DNA from: Minisyncoccia bacterium
GTDB lineage: Bacteria; Patescibacteriota; Minisyncoccia; Phycocordibacterales; UBA918
Direction: 5' to 3'
NCBI GenBank assembly: GCA_041738755.1
Contig: JBGSPE010000005.1
Span: forward strand, 143,872 to 207,871
Length of the DNA stretch: 64,000 bases
This document shows positions 1 through 10,400 of this stretch, one piece after another. The position numbers and the translations under genes are program-made. The notes under the pieces were generated by a model. It worked only from the letters and a program-made list of their open reading frames with translations. It had not been told where the DNA came from and did no database searches. Positions within the stretch are counted from its first letter, which is position 1. Every line of letters starts with the position of its first letter.

Positions 1-883
1 AAGACAAAATAAGACAGTCGCCGCACTGTTAACTACGTTCGTGGTACTTATCGCTATTGTTATTCCGCTGGTTTTAATGTCATCCTTGGTAGTTCATGAA
101 TTGGTTGGGTTTTATCAAGAACTCAGTACTGATGATGTTTCAACACAAACTACCATTGACATGGTTGAGGCACGAATCCAAACCTATGTCCCATTTGAAA
201 TTAACCTCAAGGAGCAAATCGAAGCCAGCGCTGGATGGATAACGAGTAATCTCGGAGCAATCTTTGCCGGAACAGTCTCAACTATCTTTGTGTTTGTCAT
301 TGCCTTAGTTGGTTCATTCTACTTCTTCAGAGACGGTCGTGAATTTATGCAGCTCATTATTAAAGCTAGCCCATTACCAGATAGTGAAGATCAGGTGATT
401 TTTGATCGAATGGCACGGGCGGTACGCGCTGTCGCAACCGGTACAATACTCATCGCCTTAATTCAAGGTACGTTGGTAGCGGTCGGACTCACTGTAGCCG
501 GTGTCCCGCGGGGTGTGTTATGGGGTTCGATTAGTTCTGTTGGTGCACTGATGCCAGGAATTGGTACTAGTATTGTGACGGTGCCGGCCATCATTTATCT
601 TTTTAGTATTGGGAGTACGATGTCAGCCATTGGACTCACCGTGTGGGCGATTCTCATTGTTGGATTAGTTGACAATGTTGTTGGCCCATACCTTATCAGT
701 CGAAACAACAATATGCACCCATTCATTATCCTCATCTCAGTATTGGGAGGAATCGCACTGTTTGGTCCAATCGGGTTTATTGTTGGTCCCGTAGTCGTTA
801 CGTTATTTATTGTTCTTTTGGAAATATACCATCAGTATATTATTAAGGAGCAGAGTATTTTAGAGCTCCCTGATTCGGTATGA
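1..883 (+). CDS. AI-2E family transporter (PerM/YdiK-like membrane protein), 5'-truncated at the window edge
   Basis: Multi-TM protein with a C-terminal region (GPYLISRNNNMHPFIILISVLGGIALFGPIGFIVGPVVV) typical of the AI-2E/UPF0118 family. The reading frame stays open back to base 2, so the gene begins upstream of the window. Confidence 0.6.
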   Translation, partial: RQNKTVAALLTTFVVLIAIVIPLVLMSSLVVHELVGFYQELSTDDVSTQTTIDMVEARIQTYVPFEINLKEQIEASAGWITSNLGAIFAGTVSTIFVFVIALVGSFYFFRDGREFMQLIIKASPLPDSEDQVIFDRMARAVRAVATGTILIALIQGTLVAVGLTVAGVPRGVLWGSISSVGALMPGIGTSIVTVPAIIYLFSIGSTMSAIGLTVWAILIVGLVDNVVGPYLISRNNNMHPFIILISVLGGIALFGPIGFIVGPVVVTLFIVLLEIYHQYIIKEQSILELPDSV

Positions 884-1302
884 TAGAAAAACATCACATT
901 GAGAATATTTTAAAAGTAAATGGACTTCCACCCACTGCTCCCGAAGAAGAAATTCGTTCGATTTTAATTAGCTCTCGTTATAATAACGATGAAATTGATA
1001 CGGCCATCATGGTCCTAAAAAAAAATACACAAACCAAAATGAGTCACGTCGATGGATTGCATAAAGTGTTTCGTACTGACATGGGACTAAAACCAGAAGA
1101 AATTTCAAAACTCCTTGGTATTGATGTAACTATCCGACCGGAATCTACAAAACAACGTGTTGATCCAACTACCTCCTTGGGATACCATCTGATAATCTGG
1201 ACCCTTTCACTCATTACTGCTATTATCGCTATCACTATCTATATGTATATTGCTGATATCGGACTATTCCATCATACCAGTGCATTTAAACTGCCACAGT
1301 AA
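880..1302 (+). CDS. hypothetical protein with a C-terminal transmembrane helix
   Basis: 140-aa ORF whose start overlaps the upstream stop (ATGA). It has a hydrophobic C-terminal segment and no recognisable motif. Confidence 0.4.
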   Translation: MIEKHHIENILKVNGLPPTAPEEEIRSILISSRYNNDEIDTAIMVLKKNTQTKMSHVDGLHKVFRTDMGLKPEEISKLLGIDVTIRPESTKQRVDPTTSLGYHLIIWTLSLITAIIAITIYMYIADIGLFHHTSAFKLPQ

Positions 1303-2432
1303 TGCCCGCCCACATATTTGCCTCTTTTTTAATCGGGATACTGATTTTTCAAATTTCCACACTTTCAGTGCGGCCAGCAATCCCGCAGGTAGCAATTGGT
1401 TCGATTACTACTGCTTCAACTTCACCTGTATCACTTGCTCCCACCTTGACGCGTACGTTGGCACAGCTTTCATCAGTTGAACGTAACCAATACGAGTCAA
1501 TTGTTTTTGTTGGCGATATCATGCTTGGTCGCTTTGTCGAACAGTTGATGAAACGTGAGGGTGACACCTATCCATTCCAGGGTTTGTCACTTGAGACGCT
1601 TGGCAATAAACCGGCAATCGTTGGTAATTTTGAGGCGAGTGTACCTCCGATTCATATCCCAACCCCAAACTACCAATTACAATTTTCAGTCCCCATTGCG
1701 TCTCTGTCTGCCTTTAAAGGAGTTGGCTTCACACATCTTTCATTAGCAAATAATCACAGCTTCGATCACGGGCGAGCTGGGTATGAACACAGCCTTGCTG
1801 CTTTAGGAGAAGAATTTGTTGTATTTGGGAGCGAAAAAGATATTTCTGAACAGTCACGTACGTACCTAGAAACAACTGCTGGTAGAGTAGCGCTCATTGG
1901 TATCAATAATAGCGATATCGGTGTTGATACCAGCGTTATTACCAAGGTACTCCAAGACGCAGCCGAGGATTCAATTCTTCAAATCGTATACATTCATTGG
2001 GGGCTTGAGTATGAAGAACGACACTCCCGTTCGCAAAAGCGTCTTGCCACCACGCTGGTAGAAGCAGGAGCTGATTTGATTGTCGGGCATCATCCGCATG
2101 TTGTACAGGATATTGATAGCATTAACGGCGTCCCCGTATTTTACTCGCTTGGAAATTATATTTTTGATCAATACTTTTCTCGCTCCGTCCAAGAAGGTCT
2201 TGTACTCTCAGTTGCTATTTTTGATAATGAGCTTTCTATCTACCTGCACCCGGTCAGTAGTGTTGGTACACTATCGCAGCCACACCTACAATCTGTTGTA
2301 AACCAAAGCCAATTTCTCAATACGGTAGCTGCTCGTAGTCACCCCGCGCTCGCCGAAGAGATAGCTCGTGGTAAAATTACACTTCCGCTTGAATTTGCAA
2401 CTTCCTCAAAAATGGCTATGATTGACGAATAA
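1302..2432 (+). CDS. CapA-family (poly-gamma-glutamate synthesis, PGA_cap) metallophosphatase
   Basis: Calcineurin-like phosphoesterase motifs VFVGDIMLGR, GFTHLSLANNHSFDHG and IVGHHPHVVQ, with an N-terminal signal/TM segment. Confidence 0.7.
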   Translation: MPAHIFASFLIGILIFQISTLSVRPAIPQVAIGSITTASTSPVSLAPTLTRTLAQLSSVERNQYESIVFVGDIMLGRFVEQLMKREGDTYPFQGLSLETLGNKPAIVGNFEASVPPIHIPTPNYQLQFSVPIASLSAFKGVGFTHLSLANNHSFDHGRAGYEHSLAALGEEFVVFGSEKDISEQSRTYLETTAGRVALIGINNSDIGVDTSVITKVLQDAAEDSILQIVYIHWGLEYEERHSRSQKRLATTLVEAGADLIVGHHPHVVQDIDSINGVPVFYSLGNYIFDQYFSRSVQEGLVLSVAIFDNELSIYLHPVSSVGTLSQPHLQSVVNQSQFLNTVAARSHPALAEEIARGKITLPLEFATSSKMAMIDE

Positions 2433-2442
2433 TTAATACGGT

Positions 2443-2985
2443 ATGTTCAATAAATACGAAATCATTGGTGGAGCAATCAGCGTCGTTTGTATGGTAGCGG
2501 CACTCTATTTAATCCAAACAAGAGCAGATCTCGCCTTACTTGGTGACAGCACACAGGTTGCAGCAGTAAACGAGAGTGGGGTAGTGATTGTCGGGAGTGG
2601 GGAAGATGTAACCAAAGAACGAACTGATGCTCTTTTACAAGCAGTAGATGGAAATGGTAATTTAAGTCGTATGGTAGTTGATGATATAAAAGAAGGTGAA
2701 GGGAAAGAAGTGGCGGTCGGTGATACGGTTACTGTGCACTACGTCGGCACACTTCCAGATGGTACAGAATTTGATAACTCACGAAAGCGTGGACAAAACT
2801 TCCGTTTTACCGTAGGAGCAGGACAAGTAATTACTGGCTGGGAAGAAGGGTTGGTTGGTATGAAAGCAGGTGGACAACGAATCTTGGTTGTACCGCCTGA
2901 AAAGGCCTACGGACCTGATGGTTATGGACCAATCCCTCCCGGCGCTACACTCGTATTCGCAATTGATTTGATTACAATTGAATAA
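2443..2985 (+). CDS. FKBP-type peptidyl-prolyl cis-trans isomerase, membrane-anchored
   Basis: N-terminal TM helix followed by a canonical FKBP domain (VTVHYVGTLPDGTEFDNSRKRGQNFRFTVGAGQVITGWEEGLVGMKAGGQRILVVPPEKAYG...ATLVFAIDLI). Confidence 0.85.
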   Translation: MFNKYEIIGGAISVVCMVAALYLIQTRADLALLGDSTQVAAVNESGVVIVGSGEDVTKERTDALLQAVDGNGNLSRMVVDDIKEGEGKEVAVGDTVTVHYVGTLPDGTEFDNSRKRGQNFRFTVGAGQVITGWEEGLVGMKAGGQRILVVPPEKAYGPDGYGPIPPGATLVFAIDLITIE

Positions 2986-4184
2986 TGAGCGGACCGATTT
3001 CATTTGAAATTTTAAAACGGCAAGCTAACAGCCTCGGCCGAGCTGGTGTTATTCATACTCCACATGGAGTAATTGAGACACCAGCTTTTGTTGTTGTCGG
3101 TACCAAAGGCACGGTCAAAAGCCTAAAGCCTGAGGACATGCGTGACTACGTCGGTAATCAAGTAGCACTTGCCAATACCTACCACTTATTCCTCCAACCG
3201 GGTGATCAAGTGATTAAAGAAGCGGGCGGACTCCACAAATTTGCCAATTGGCATATGCCAACGATAACTGATAGTGGAGGGTTTCAAGTGTTTTCACTTG
3301 GTGCAGCCTTTGGAAAAGGAGTAACCAAATTCGCCCAAGGTGATATCGCCCCCAGTGAAGAAAAAACCGCTCTCAATGTCTATTCTAAAAAGGTCGCGGA
3401 AGAACACGGTAAACTCTGCGTCATTGATGAAGAAGGGGTAACATTTACCTCGCACCATGATGGGTCTCTGCACCGTTTTACAGCTGAACGTTCAATTGAT
3501 ATTCAACACAATATTGGAGCAGACATCATTATTGCCTTTGATGAGTGCACTAGTCCGTCAGCTGATAAGGAGTATCAGATTGAGGCAATGGAACGAACGC
3601 ATCGCTGGGCAAAACGGAGTATTATGGCGCATAAGCAAAACTACGAAGCGCTCAAGAAGCAAGGTCTCTATGGTGTAGTACAAGGCGGTCGACACTTAGA
3701 CTTGCGAGCCGAAAGCGCCACAGTCTTAGCTGCCATGGATTTTGACGGTTTTGGAATTGGCGGTAGTTTTACGAAAGCAGACTTAGGTGAAGCCGTGCGA
3801 GTGGTTAATCAAATCCTGCCAGAAGATAAACCAAGACACTTGCTTGGCATTGGCGAACCTGAAGATATTTTAGAGGGAGTTAGTCTGGGTTGTGATACGT
3901 TTGATTGTGTGGCGCCAACCAGGATTGCTCGCACCGGTACCATTTATGAACGTACGAACGAAGGTCATCGCCGGACCAATCTTTTAAATACCAAATACCA
4001 AAGAGACTTTAGTAAGCCGGACGAGAGTTGCGATTGTTATGTCTGTACCAACTATACGAAGGCATACTTGGCACACTTATTCCGTGCCGGTGAGATGTTA
4101 GGTCCTCATTTAGCTTCACTACACAACCTGTATTACATTGTTCAATTTACCAAACGCCTCCGAGAACAAATTTTGACAAGCTAG
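2985..4184 (+). CDS. tgt: queuine tRNA-ribosyltransferase (tRNA-guanine transglycosylase)
   Basis: LGIGEPEDILEGVSLGCDTFDCVAPTRIARTG core plus the zinc-site CDCYVC motif. Length of 399 aa fits Tgt. Confidence 0.9.
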   Translation: MSGPISFEILKRQANSLGRAGVIHTPHGVIETPAFVVVGTKGTVKSLKPEDMRDYVGNQVALANTYHLFLQPGDQVIKEAGGLHKFANWHMPTITDSGGFQVFSLGAAFGKGVTKFAQGDIAPSEEKTALNVYSKKVAEEHGKLCVIDEEGVTFTSHHDGSLHRFTAERSIDIQHNIGADIIIAFDECTSPSADKEYQIEAMERTHRWAKRSIMAHKQNYEALKKQGLYGVVQGGRHLDLRAESATVLAAMDFDGFGIGGSFTKADLGEAVRVVNQILPEDKPRHLLGIGEPEDILEGVSLGCDTFDCVAPTRIARTGTIYERTNEGHRRTNLLNTKYQRDFSKPDESCDCYVCTNYTKAYLAHLFRAGEMLGPHLASLHNLYYIVQFTKRLREQILTS

Positions 4185-4234
4185 ACATTCGTGATATAAA
4201 AAGTGTATCACTGACCAGCGAAAGGAGATAGAAA

Positions 4235-4873
4235 ATGCTGGAAAGAATCAGGAAGCTCTATGCGGGACGGGAAAACCGTCAGTCGTTCTTCACAACAGTT
4301 GGCTGGTATTTCCCCAAAGGGAGTGCCGAATATATTCTCATAGAACGTGCATACAGTACGGCAAAAGACGCACATCGTAAGAAAAAACGTGAAGATGGTG
4401 CACGGTACTTCGAACACCTTCGTGCTGTTGCCCTCATTATGATGCGTTATATGCGTATCCGTGATGCGAACATAATTGCGGCCGCCTTGCTTCATGATAT
4501 CGTCGAAGACATTGAAAATTGGAATCAAGAGCGATTAGCAGTTGAGTTTAACCAAACAATTGGTGAACTCGTATGGTGGGTCTCAAAGCCATCCGTTACG
4601 CTCTTTGACGGTAACAAAGAAGCTCGTAATCGCCAGTATCACAACAATCTAGGTCGTGCCCCAAGGGAAGCACTTCTCATCAAGCTTGCTGACAGGCTGC
4701 ATAACCTGTTGACGTTGTGGGGTTGTGACGAAGAAAAGCAACGACGCAAGGTTGTTGAAACGCAAGATTTCTACCTTGCTCTGGCAGAAAAAGAGTTTGT
4801 ACTTGTACATGAACTTGAAGCTGCTATCAATGAAATTGCTGCTACCTGGGAAACTGGGTCGGTAGATTCATAA
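4235..4873 (+). CDS. HD-domain protein of the RelA/SpoT (ppGpp hydrolase) type; small alarmone hydrolase-like
   Basis: His-Asp motif in AAALLHDIVEDI, with LADRLHNLLTL downstream. It has no synthetase domain. An AAAGGAG ribosome-binding site lies upstream. Confidence 0.65.
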   Translation: MLERIRKLYAGRENRQSFFTTVGWYFPKGSAEYILIERAYSTAKDAHRKKKREDGARYFEHLRAVALIMMRYMRIRDANIIAAALLHDIVEDIENWNQERLAVEFNQTIGELVWWVSKPSVTLFDGNKEARNRQYHNNLGRAPREALLIKLADRLHNLLTLWGCDEEKQRRKVVETQDFYLALAEKEFVLVHELEAAINEIAATWETGSVDS

Positions 4874-4889
4874 ATTGAATAAGATTCCT

Positions 4890-4915
4890 CGGGGCTACAT
4901 AGCCCCGTTTTTTTT
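4890..4915 (+). terminator. rho-independent terminator
   Basis: Hairpin CGGGGCTACATAGCCCCG followed by T8. Confidence 0.75.
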
Positions 4916-4942
4916 ATACCCAAAATAACGTATACTGCGATT

Positions 4943-6964
4943 GTGAATTTTCAAATAAGTACAGAAAAGACTCCGGCTGGTGACCAACCACAAGCAATTG
5001 CAGGATTAATAAAAGGCATTGAGGCTGGTCAAACACATCAGACGCTCTTAGGTGTGACTGGTTCTGGGAAGACGTTTACCGCTGCAAATATTATCCAACA
5101 CGTCCAAAAGCCGACGCTTGTGATTGCGCATAACAAGACATTGGCAGCTCAGCTTGCTCAAGAATACCGGGATTTTTTCCCTGAAAACGCAGTGCATTAT
5201 TTTGTGTCTTATTACGATTACTACCAACCTGAGGCGTACATGCCAACGTCTGACACCTATATCGAAAAAGAAGCTCAAATTAATGAGGAGATTGACCGAC
5301 TACGCCACGCGTCGACCCAAGCACTACTAACCCGGCAAGATGTGATTATTGTTGCATCGGTTTCTTGTATTTATGGTCTTGGCGCCCCGGAACAGTATCT
5401 AAAGAAGCACATGAAGATTGAGCGAGGGTATGAGACGACGCGCACTGACATGCTTCGCACCTTAGTCGATATGTACTTTACCCGTACCAACGCTGATCTC
5501 ACTCCGGCTCAGTTTCGTGCAGTAGGGAACACAGTTGAGGTAATGCCAACTAACGAGCGAGTAATTTATCGCCTTGGGTTTACCGGTAATTCGGTTAGTT
5601 CAATCACCAAGATTGATGCAGTTACGAGAGAAATAATTTCCGAACCAGAGGTATTTTTCCTCTTTCCAGCCAAGCACTTTGTGACCCCTGAAGATCAGCG
5701 GCAAGTAGCCTATGAAGATATAAAACTTGAGTTAGCAGAGCAGTTGGCAAAGTTCAAAAAAGAAGGGAAGTTACTTGAGGCAGAACGCCTCAAGCGTCGT
5801 ACTGAACATGACCTCGCCATGATTCGTGAGATTGGCTACTGTAATGGAATTGAAAACTACTCACGACATTTTGACCGTCGCAAGCCCGGTGAGGCTCCAT
5901 ATACACTCTTGTCGTATTTTCCGCACACAAAAGATGGTAAGCCAGATTACCTTACAATTATCGACGAGTCTCATGTAACCATTCCACAACTCAACGGTAT
6001 GTACGCCGGTGACCGCTCAAGAAAAGATACGCTGGTAGAGCACGGGTTCCGTTTACCAAGCGCGGTTGATAACCGTCCACTCAAGTACGACGAAATCGAT
6101 AAACGGCTAGGGCAGCGTATCTACACGACCGCCACTCCAGGAAAGTTTGAGATTGCGAAAGCCAAGGAGATGGGTATCACTATGATTGAGCAGATTATTC
6201 GACCAACTGGTCTGGTTGACCCAATCATTGATGTGAGACCAATTAATGAAACTCCCGACTATCCTGGGCAAATCAAAGACTTTATCACTGAAGCTGAAAA
6301 GGTTATCAAAGGCGGTACGAGAGTATTGGTAACAACACTCACCAAGCGTATGGCAGAAGACCTGACTGACTTCTTAAGCGAGAAAAAAATTAATACCAAG
6401 TACATTCACAGTGACGTTGATACGATTGAACGAATAGAAATTTTGACTGATTTCCGGAGAGGAAAGTTCGATTGTCTCGTTGGAGTGAACTTACTTCGTG
6501 AAGGACTCGATTTACCTGAGGTTGAACTTGTGGCTATTCTCGACGCAGACAAGGCAGGCTTCCTTCGTAGTGAAACCGCCCTTATTCAAACTATTGGTCG
6601 CGCCGCACGAAATGTTAATGGTCGGGTGGTGCTGTACGCTGATGAAATGACGGACGCACTTGAGTATGCAATTGGTGAGACCAACCGTCGTCGCGATAAG
6701 CAGCTTGCCTATAATGCTGAACATGGTATTACTCCAAAAACTATAGCCAAAGAAATCAAGTCGATTACTGATCAAATGCGGACTGAACACGATGAAACAG
6801 TTGACACCTTACTTAAAGTCGATATGGAGCTATATAAGAAAAACCCTCAGAAAGTCCTTAAGGAAAAAAGACGACAGATGGAGGAAGCTGTAGCCTTACT
6901 CGATTTTGAAACTGCCGCAATCTTACGAGACGAGATTCGCTACTTTGAAGAACATAGAACATAG
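4943..6964 (+). CDS. uvrB: excinuclease ABC subunit B
   Basis: Walker A GVTGSGKTFT, helicase motifs, and a C-terminal UvrB/UvrC interaction motif (ALLDFETAAILRDEI). Length is 673 aa. Confidence 0.92.
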   Translation: MNFQISTEKTPAGDQPQAIAGLIKGIEAGQTHQTLLGVTGSGKTFTAANIIQHVQKPTLVIAHNKTLAAQLAQEYRDFFPENAVHYFVSYYDYYQPEAYMPTSDTYIEKEAQINEEIDRLRHASTQALLTRQDVIIVASVSCIYGLGAPEQYLKKHMKIERGYETTRTDMLRTLVDMYFTRTNADLTPAQFRAVGNTVEVMPTNERVIYRLGFTGNSVSSITKIDAVTREIISEPEVFFLFPAKHFVTPEDQRQVAYEDIKLELAEQLAKFKKEGKLLEAERLKRRTEHDLAMIREIGYCNGIENYSRHFDRRKPGEAPYTLLSYFPHTKDGKPDYLTIIDESHVTIPQLNGMYAGDRSRKDTLVEHGFRLPSAVDNRPLKYDEIDKRLGQRIYTTATPGKFEIAKAKEMGITMIEQIIRPTGLVDPIIDVRPINETPDYPGQIKDFITEAEKVIKGGTRVLVTTLTKRMAEDLTDFLSEKKINTKYIHSDVDTIERIEILTDFRRGKFDCLVGVNLLREGLDLPEVELVAILDADKAGFLRSETALIQTIGRAARNVNGRVVLYADEMTDALEYAIGETNRRRDKQLAYNAEHGITPKTIAKEIKSITDQMRTEHDETVDTLLKVDMELYKKNPQKVLKEKRRQMEEAVALLDFETAAILRDEIRYFEEHRT

Positions 6965-6991
6965 CCAAATCTTGTATGGTATAGTTCAAAT

Positions 6992-7798
6992 ATGTCAGTG
7001 TTACAAGGCAAGCACATTCTCGTTCTGGGTGAAGAGAATCAGCATATCAAGGAGCTCGAAGCAGTCTTTCAGGCTGAAGGAATGCTTTTGTCAGTGGCTA
7101 CCTGCGGGACAGTGGATATCGCTTCAATCGAAGCAAAGCATATCGATTTAGTGTTATTAAATCATCTGCACGAAGGCGAGCCCTGCGTTGATTTGCTAAA
7201 ACAACTAAGAGGTAGTCGGAGCCTCAGTGTGCTACCAATTTTTGCTCTGGTTGAAAACACTGAGGAAAAGATTCAAAAAGCACTCATGCTTGGAGCAGCG
7301 GACTATATTACAAATGATGAGCCCCTCGTATCTGTAATCAATAAGATGAAAATTATTTTTGGTGAGCCAGATAATTTTTCTGAAAGTATACGCATTGATA
7401 TTACGCCACAAAAGATGTCCGTTTCTAATTGTGGCGCGAGGGTTTATTTTATTGAAGATGATGCCTTACTTCGAAACTTGCTAATCCTTCGGCTCGAAAA
7501 ATCAAATTTTGTGTATGAGTACAGCAAGGATGGTATCGGAGCGATAGATGCGATGATAGCGTTTAAACCACAGGTTGTTATCCTTGATATCATGTTGCCC
7601 GACAAGAGTGGGTTTGAGATTTTAACTGAAATGAGGGCTACGAAAGAGCTAAAGGACACACCCGTAATCATTTTTTCTAATCGAGATGAACAGTCTGACC
7701 TTGAAAAAGCCCGTGAACTCGGAGTCAGTAAATATTATGTAAAGGCAATGACAGATCTATCTTTACTCGTCAAGACAATTGAAGAACTAGCTACCTAG
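6992..7798 (+). CDS. stand-alone response regulator with tandem receiver domains (degenerate pseudo-REC then canonical REC), no output domain
   Basis: Domain 2 has the DD pocket (FIEDD), phospho-acceptor Asp (VILDIMLP), Ser/Thr (IIFS) and Lys (YYVK). In domain 1 the acidic pocket is replaced (LVLGEEN) and the acceptor is Asn (DLVLLN). Confidence 0.75.
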   Translation: MSVLQGKHILVLGEENQHIKELEAVFQAEGMLLSVATCGTVDIASIEAKHIDLVLLNHLHEGEPCVDLLKQLRGSRSLSVLPIFALVENTEEKIQKALMLGAADYITNDEPLVSVINKMKIIFGEPDNFSESIRIDITPQKMSVSNCGARVYFIEDDALLRNLLILRLEKSNFVYEYSKDGIGAIDAMIAFKPQVVILDIMLPDKSGFEILTEMRATKELKDTPVIIFSNRDEQSDLEKARELGVSKYYVKAMTDLSLLVKTIEELAT

Positions 7799-7853
7799 AA
7801 CTATCTACAAGCAAACTCCCGAATTTATCGTAATCTGGGATATAATACTCAAC

Positions 7854-10400
7854 ATGCCGGTCAAAAAAACTGACAAGAAAACTACTCCTGCAGCCAAAAA
7901 AAATACCCCAGAAAAATCAGGGTTACTTAAGAAAACTCCGGTTAAAAAAGCACCAAAAAAGACACTCGCAAAGAACTCGGGTCCGCGAAAAATCATTATC
8001 AAACGGGTAGCCGAAAGAACTGTCACAAAAAAGATTACCAACGCTACAAAAAACAAAAAAGTTGTAATCACTAAGTCAACAAAACGACGACAAACTCCTG
8101 AAGAAATGGAGTACAAACTATCAATGCTTCGCCCAGCAAAAGATAGGCCGAGCCTCATTGATGAAGTCGAGCTTTCCTTGAATCCACATACCGGCAAGAA
8201 GTTCTCGTTACCTAAAAGAGAGGACTTGAAGCTACCGAGCAATATGAGCTTACGTAGTATTAAAAAGGCGGAAGTCATCCGTTCACTCTTCTCAGACGAT
8301 ACCGTCAAGGCTGCTCAAAAAGTTGCCTACGTATCAAGTGCTACCCTGATTGCATTTGGGATATTTTTTTCCTTTACATCCAGCGACTTGTTGACTCAGT
8401 CACAATCTATTCAAGCTCAGACAGCACTTGTGGGTGCTGGTACAATTAACGGAACCGCAGCGGGCGCAACCAAGTCACCATTACAGCCGACGTTCGAACT
8501 GGCCACAACAATTCCAGCCGAAATTGTTGACGACGTACAAATCAATTTTGCTTCACTCAATGTTTCTTCGGTGAACATTAGAATTGAATCATACGGCGAT
8601 GGAACAATCACCGATATCTCAGCAAACGCAGTTAATGATACGTTGTATAAGTTTGTAATTCCTGGGAAGACACTAGCACCAGGCGAACATCGTTTGATTA
8701 TTCGACTTCGTTCAGCCCAAAATACCGCTGTCCTGGAGAAGAATTTTACGTTTGTTAAACCAAAACCATTTACCCCAGAGTCAGAATCACTTCCTGAAGA
8801 AGCGAATAGTGATGTCCCTGAAAATAATGACGAAGAAGCTGATAGTTCAGCTAGCGAAACTTCTTCTGATAAGCCAGTAGAAACACTGTCTCAAGCTGAT
8901 AACATAATTAAAAATGCAGTGTATAGCGAAACGCTCGATATTCTATTGCCGCAGACCAACCTCAGAGGCATTTCTATTATCGGGTTTAATGCACCTGAAG
9001 ATACCACTAGTGTTATCGTATCTATCCGTAACAAGTCATCACTAACCACCAGCCGACTAGGGAGCGCCAACCGTTCTAAGCTAGCGACTAACTGGCAGTA
9101 TCTCTATGACACGAGATTACGACCAGATGGTGAGTATGAATTGTTTGCAGAAGCCAAGCTAGACTCTGGAAAAATACTTAAAGATTCGGTAAATATTACC
9201 GTATCAAATGCTATTAATACCAACCAATTTAATATCAACCCTATTAGTACCCTGGAGGATATTTCTGAAGATAGCGAAACCGATGTAGATGATTCAGAAC
9301 CTGAGGACATTACACTCCCGGTACCGAGGCTGCCACGAGAATTTGTTCCAGTCACGAGTGAAATTAATAATCCAGATGCTGAATCGACATTAGAACAGTT
9401 GGGAGAAACGACTGATAACCGAGCTGAAGCGGTAGGTGGTCTGACACGAGAAATTTTAACGACCAACCGTGACCTCGTGGAAGATCTCTACCAGCGCTAT
9501 TCAGTAGCCTTACAGTCAGGAGATGAAATGCTCATTAAGGCAATTGAGTCTGATATCAATGATGCCAACGCACGCTTTACTACCGAGCTCTTAAAAGATC
9601 CAAATAGTAACTACTATGCAAGTGATGTTGATACAGCGCTTAAGGAACGGTTTGAAACTATGAAGAAGCGAATCATCGCCTTTGAAGAAATACGTAAAAC
9701 CTCAAGTAACCAAAAATCTTCTACCGACACCGATAGCGATGGAGTTTCTGATTTTGACGAAGAAAATCTCTACTTCACCGACCCAAATAGTCCAGATACC
9801 GATAATGACGGTATTTTAGACGGTATTGAAATTATCCGTGGCTTCAATCCGTTAAATCCTTCAGCTGAGGCAATTATCGCCTATGAATCTCCGAAAGAAT
9901 CTTTTGGACTTGTTCGCGAGGATGTTCTCAAAGTGAGTGCCGTTGTCCCAGTCTTAGCAACTGATGACGCTGGAGAACGTTTGCCTGTACAAGCAGAAAT
10001 TAAAGGGGTTAGTTTACCAAATAGCTTCGTTACGTTGTTTATTTTTAGCACTCCTGTGATAGTGACAGTGAAGACTGATGATACCGGAGCCTTTGCCTAC
10101 ACCTTTGACCGAGAACTTGAAGATGGTGAACATGAAGTGTACGTTGCGGTTACTGATAATGCGGGAGCAATCATTGCGCAAAGTAATTCATTCAGATTTA
10201 TCAAGGAAGCAGAGGCGTTTACGCCACAGAATAATGATGACCCACTCTTGGCTCAAACGGTCTCAATCGAACCAGTCTCTAGTAACCCGTACAACATCAC
10301 TATTGGATTTGGAATTCTTGCCCTCGGTTTGATTCTCTTGATGCTCGGAGTTGGGCTCCGTTCCAAAGAAGAACCAATACTAGATAACGCTCCAGCGTAA
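7854..10400 (+). CDS. large membrane/surface protein with a Lys-rich histone-H1-like N-terminal tail, two TM helices and a thrombospondin-type-3-like Ca-binding acidic repeat
   Basis: The N-terminal 90 residues are extremely basic (KKT/KKAPKK). TM helices lie near residues 165-185 and at the C-terminus. It carries a DTDSDGVSDFDEE...DPNSPDTDNDGILDG DxDxDG-type motif. Its stop overlaps the start of the downstream kinase. Confidence 0.5.
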   Translation: MPVKKTDKKTTPAAKKNTPEKSGLLKKTPVKKAPKKTLAKNSGPRKIIIKRVAERTVTKKITNATKNKKVVITKSTKRRQTPEEMEYKLSMLRPAKDRPSLIDEVELSLNPHTGKKFSLPKREDLKLPSNMSLRSIKKAEVIRSLFSDDTVKAAQKVAYVSSATLIAFGIFFSFTSSDLLTQSQSIQAQTALVGAGTINGTAAGATKSPLQPTFELATTIPAEIVDDVQINFASLNVSSVNIRIESYGDGTITDISANAVNDTLYKFVIPGKTLAPGEHRLIIRLRSAQNTAVLEKNFTFVKPKPFTPESESLPEEANSDVPENNDEEADSSASETSSDKPVETLSQADNIIKNAVYSETLDILLPQTNLRGISIIGFNAPEDTTSVIVSIRNKSSLTTSRLGSANRSKLATNWQYLYDTRLRPDGEYELFAEAKLDSGKILKDSVNITVSNAINTNQFNINPISTLEDISEDSETDVDDSEPEDITLPVPRLPREFVPVTSEINNPDAESTLEQLGETTDNRAEAVGGLTREILTTNRDLVEDLYQRYSVALQSGDEMLIKAIESDINDANARFTTELLKDPNSNYYASDVDTALKERFETMKKRIIAFEEIRKTSSNQKSSTDTDSDGVSDFDEENLYFTDPNSPDTDNDGILDGIEIIRGFNPLNPSAEAIIAYESPKESFGLVREDVLKVSAVVPVLATDDAGERLPVQAEIKGVSLPNSFVTLFIFSTPVIVTVKTDDTGAFAYTFDRELEDGEHEVYVAVTDNAGAIIAQSNSFRFIKEAEAFTPQNNDDPLLAQTVSIEPVSSNPYNITIGFGILALGLILLMLGVGLRSKEEPILDNAPA

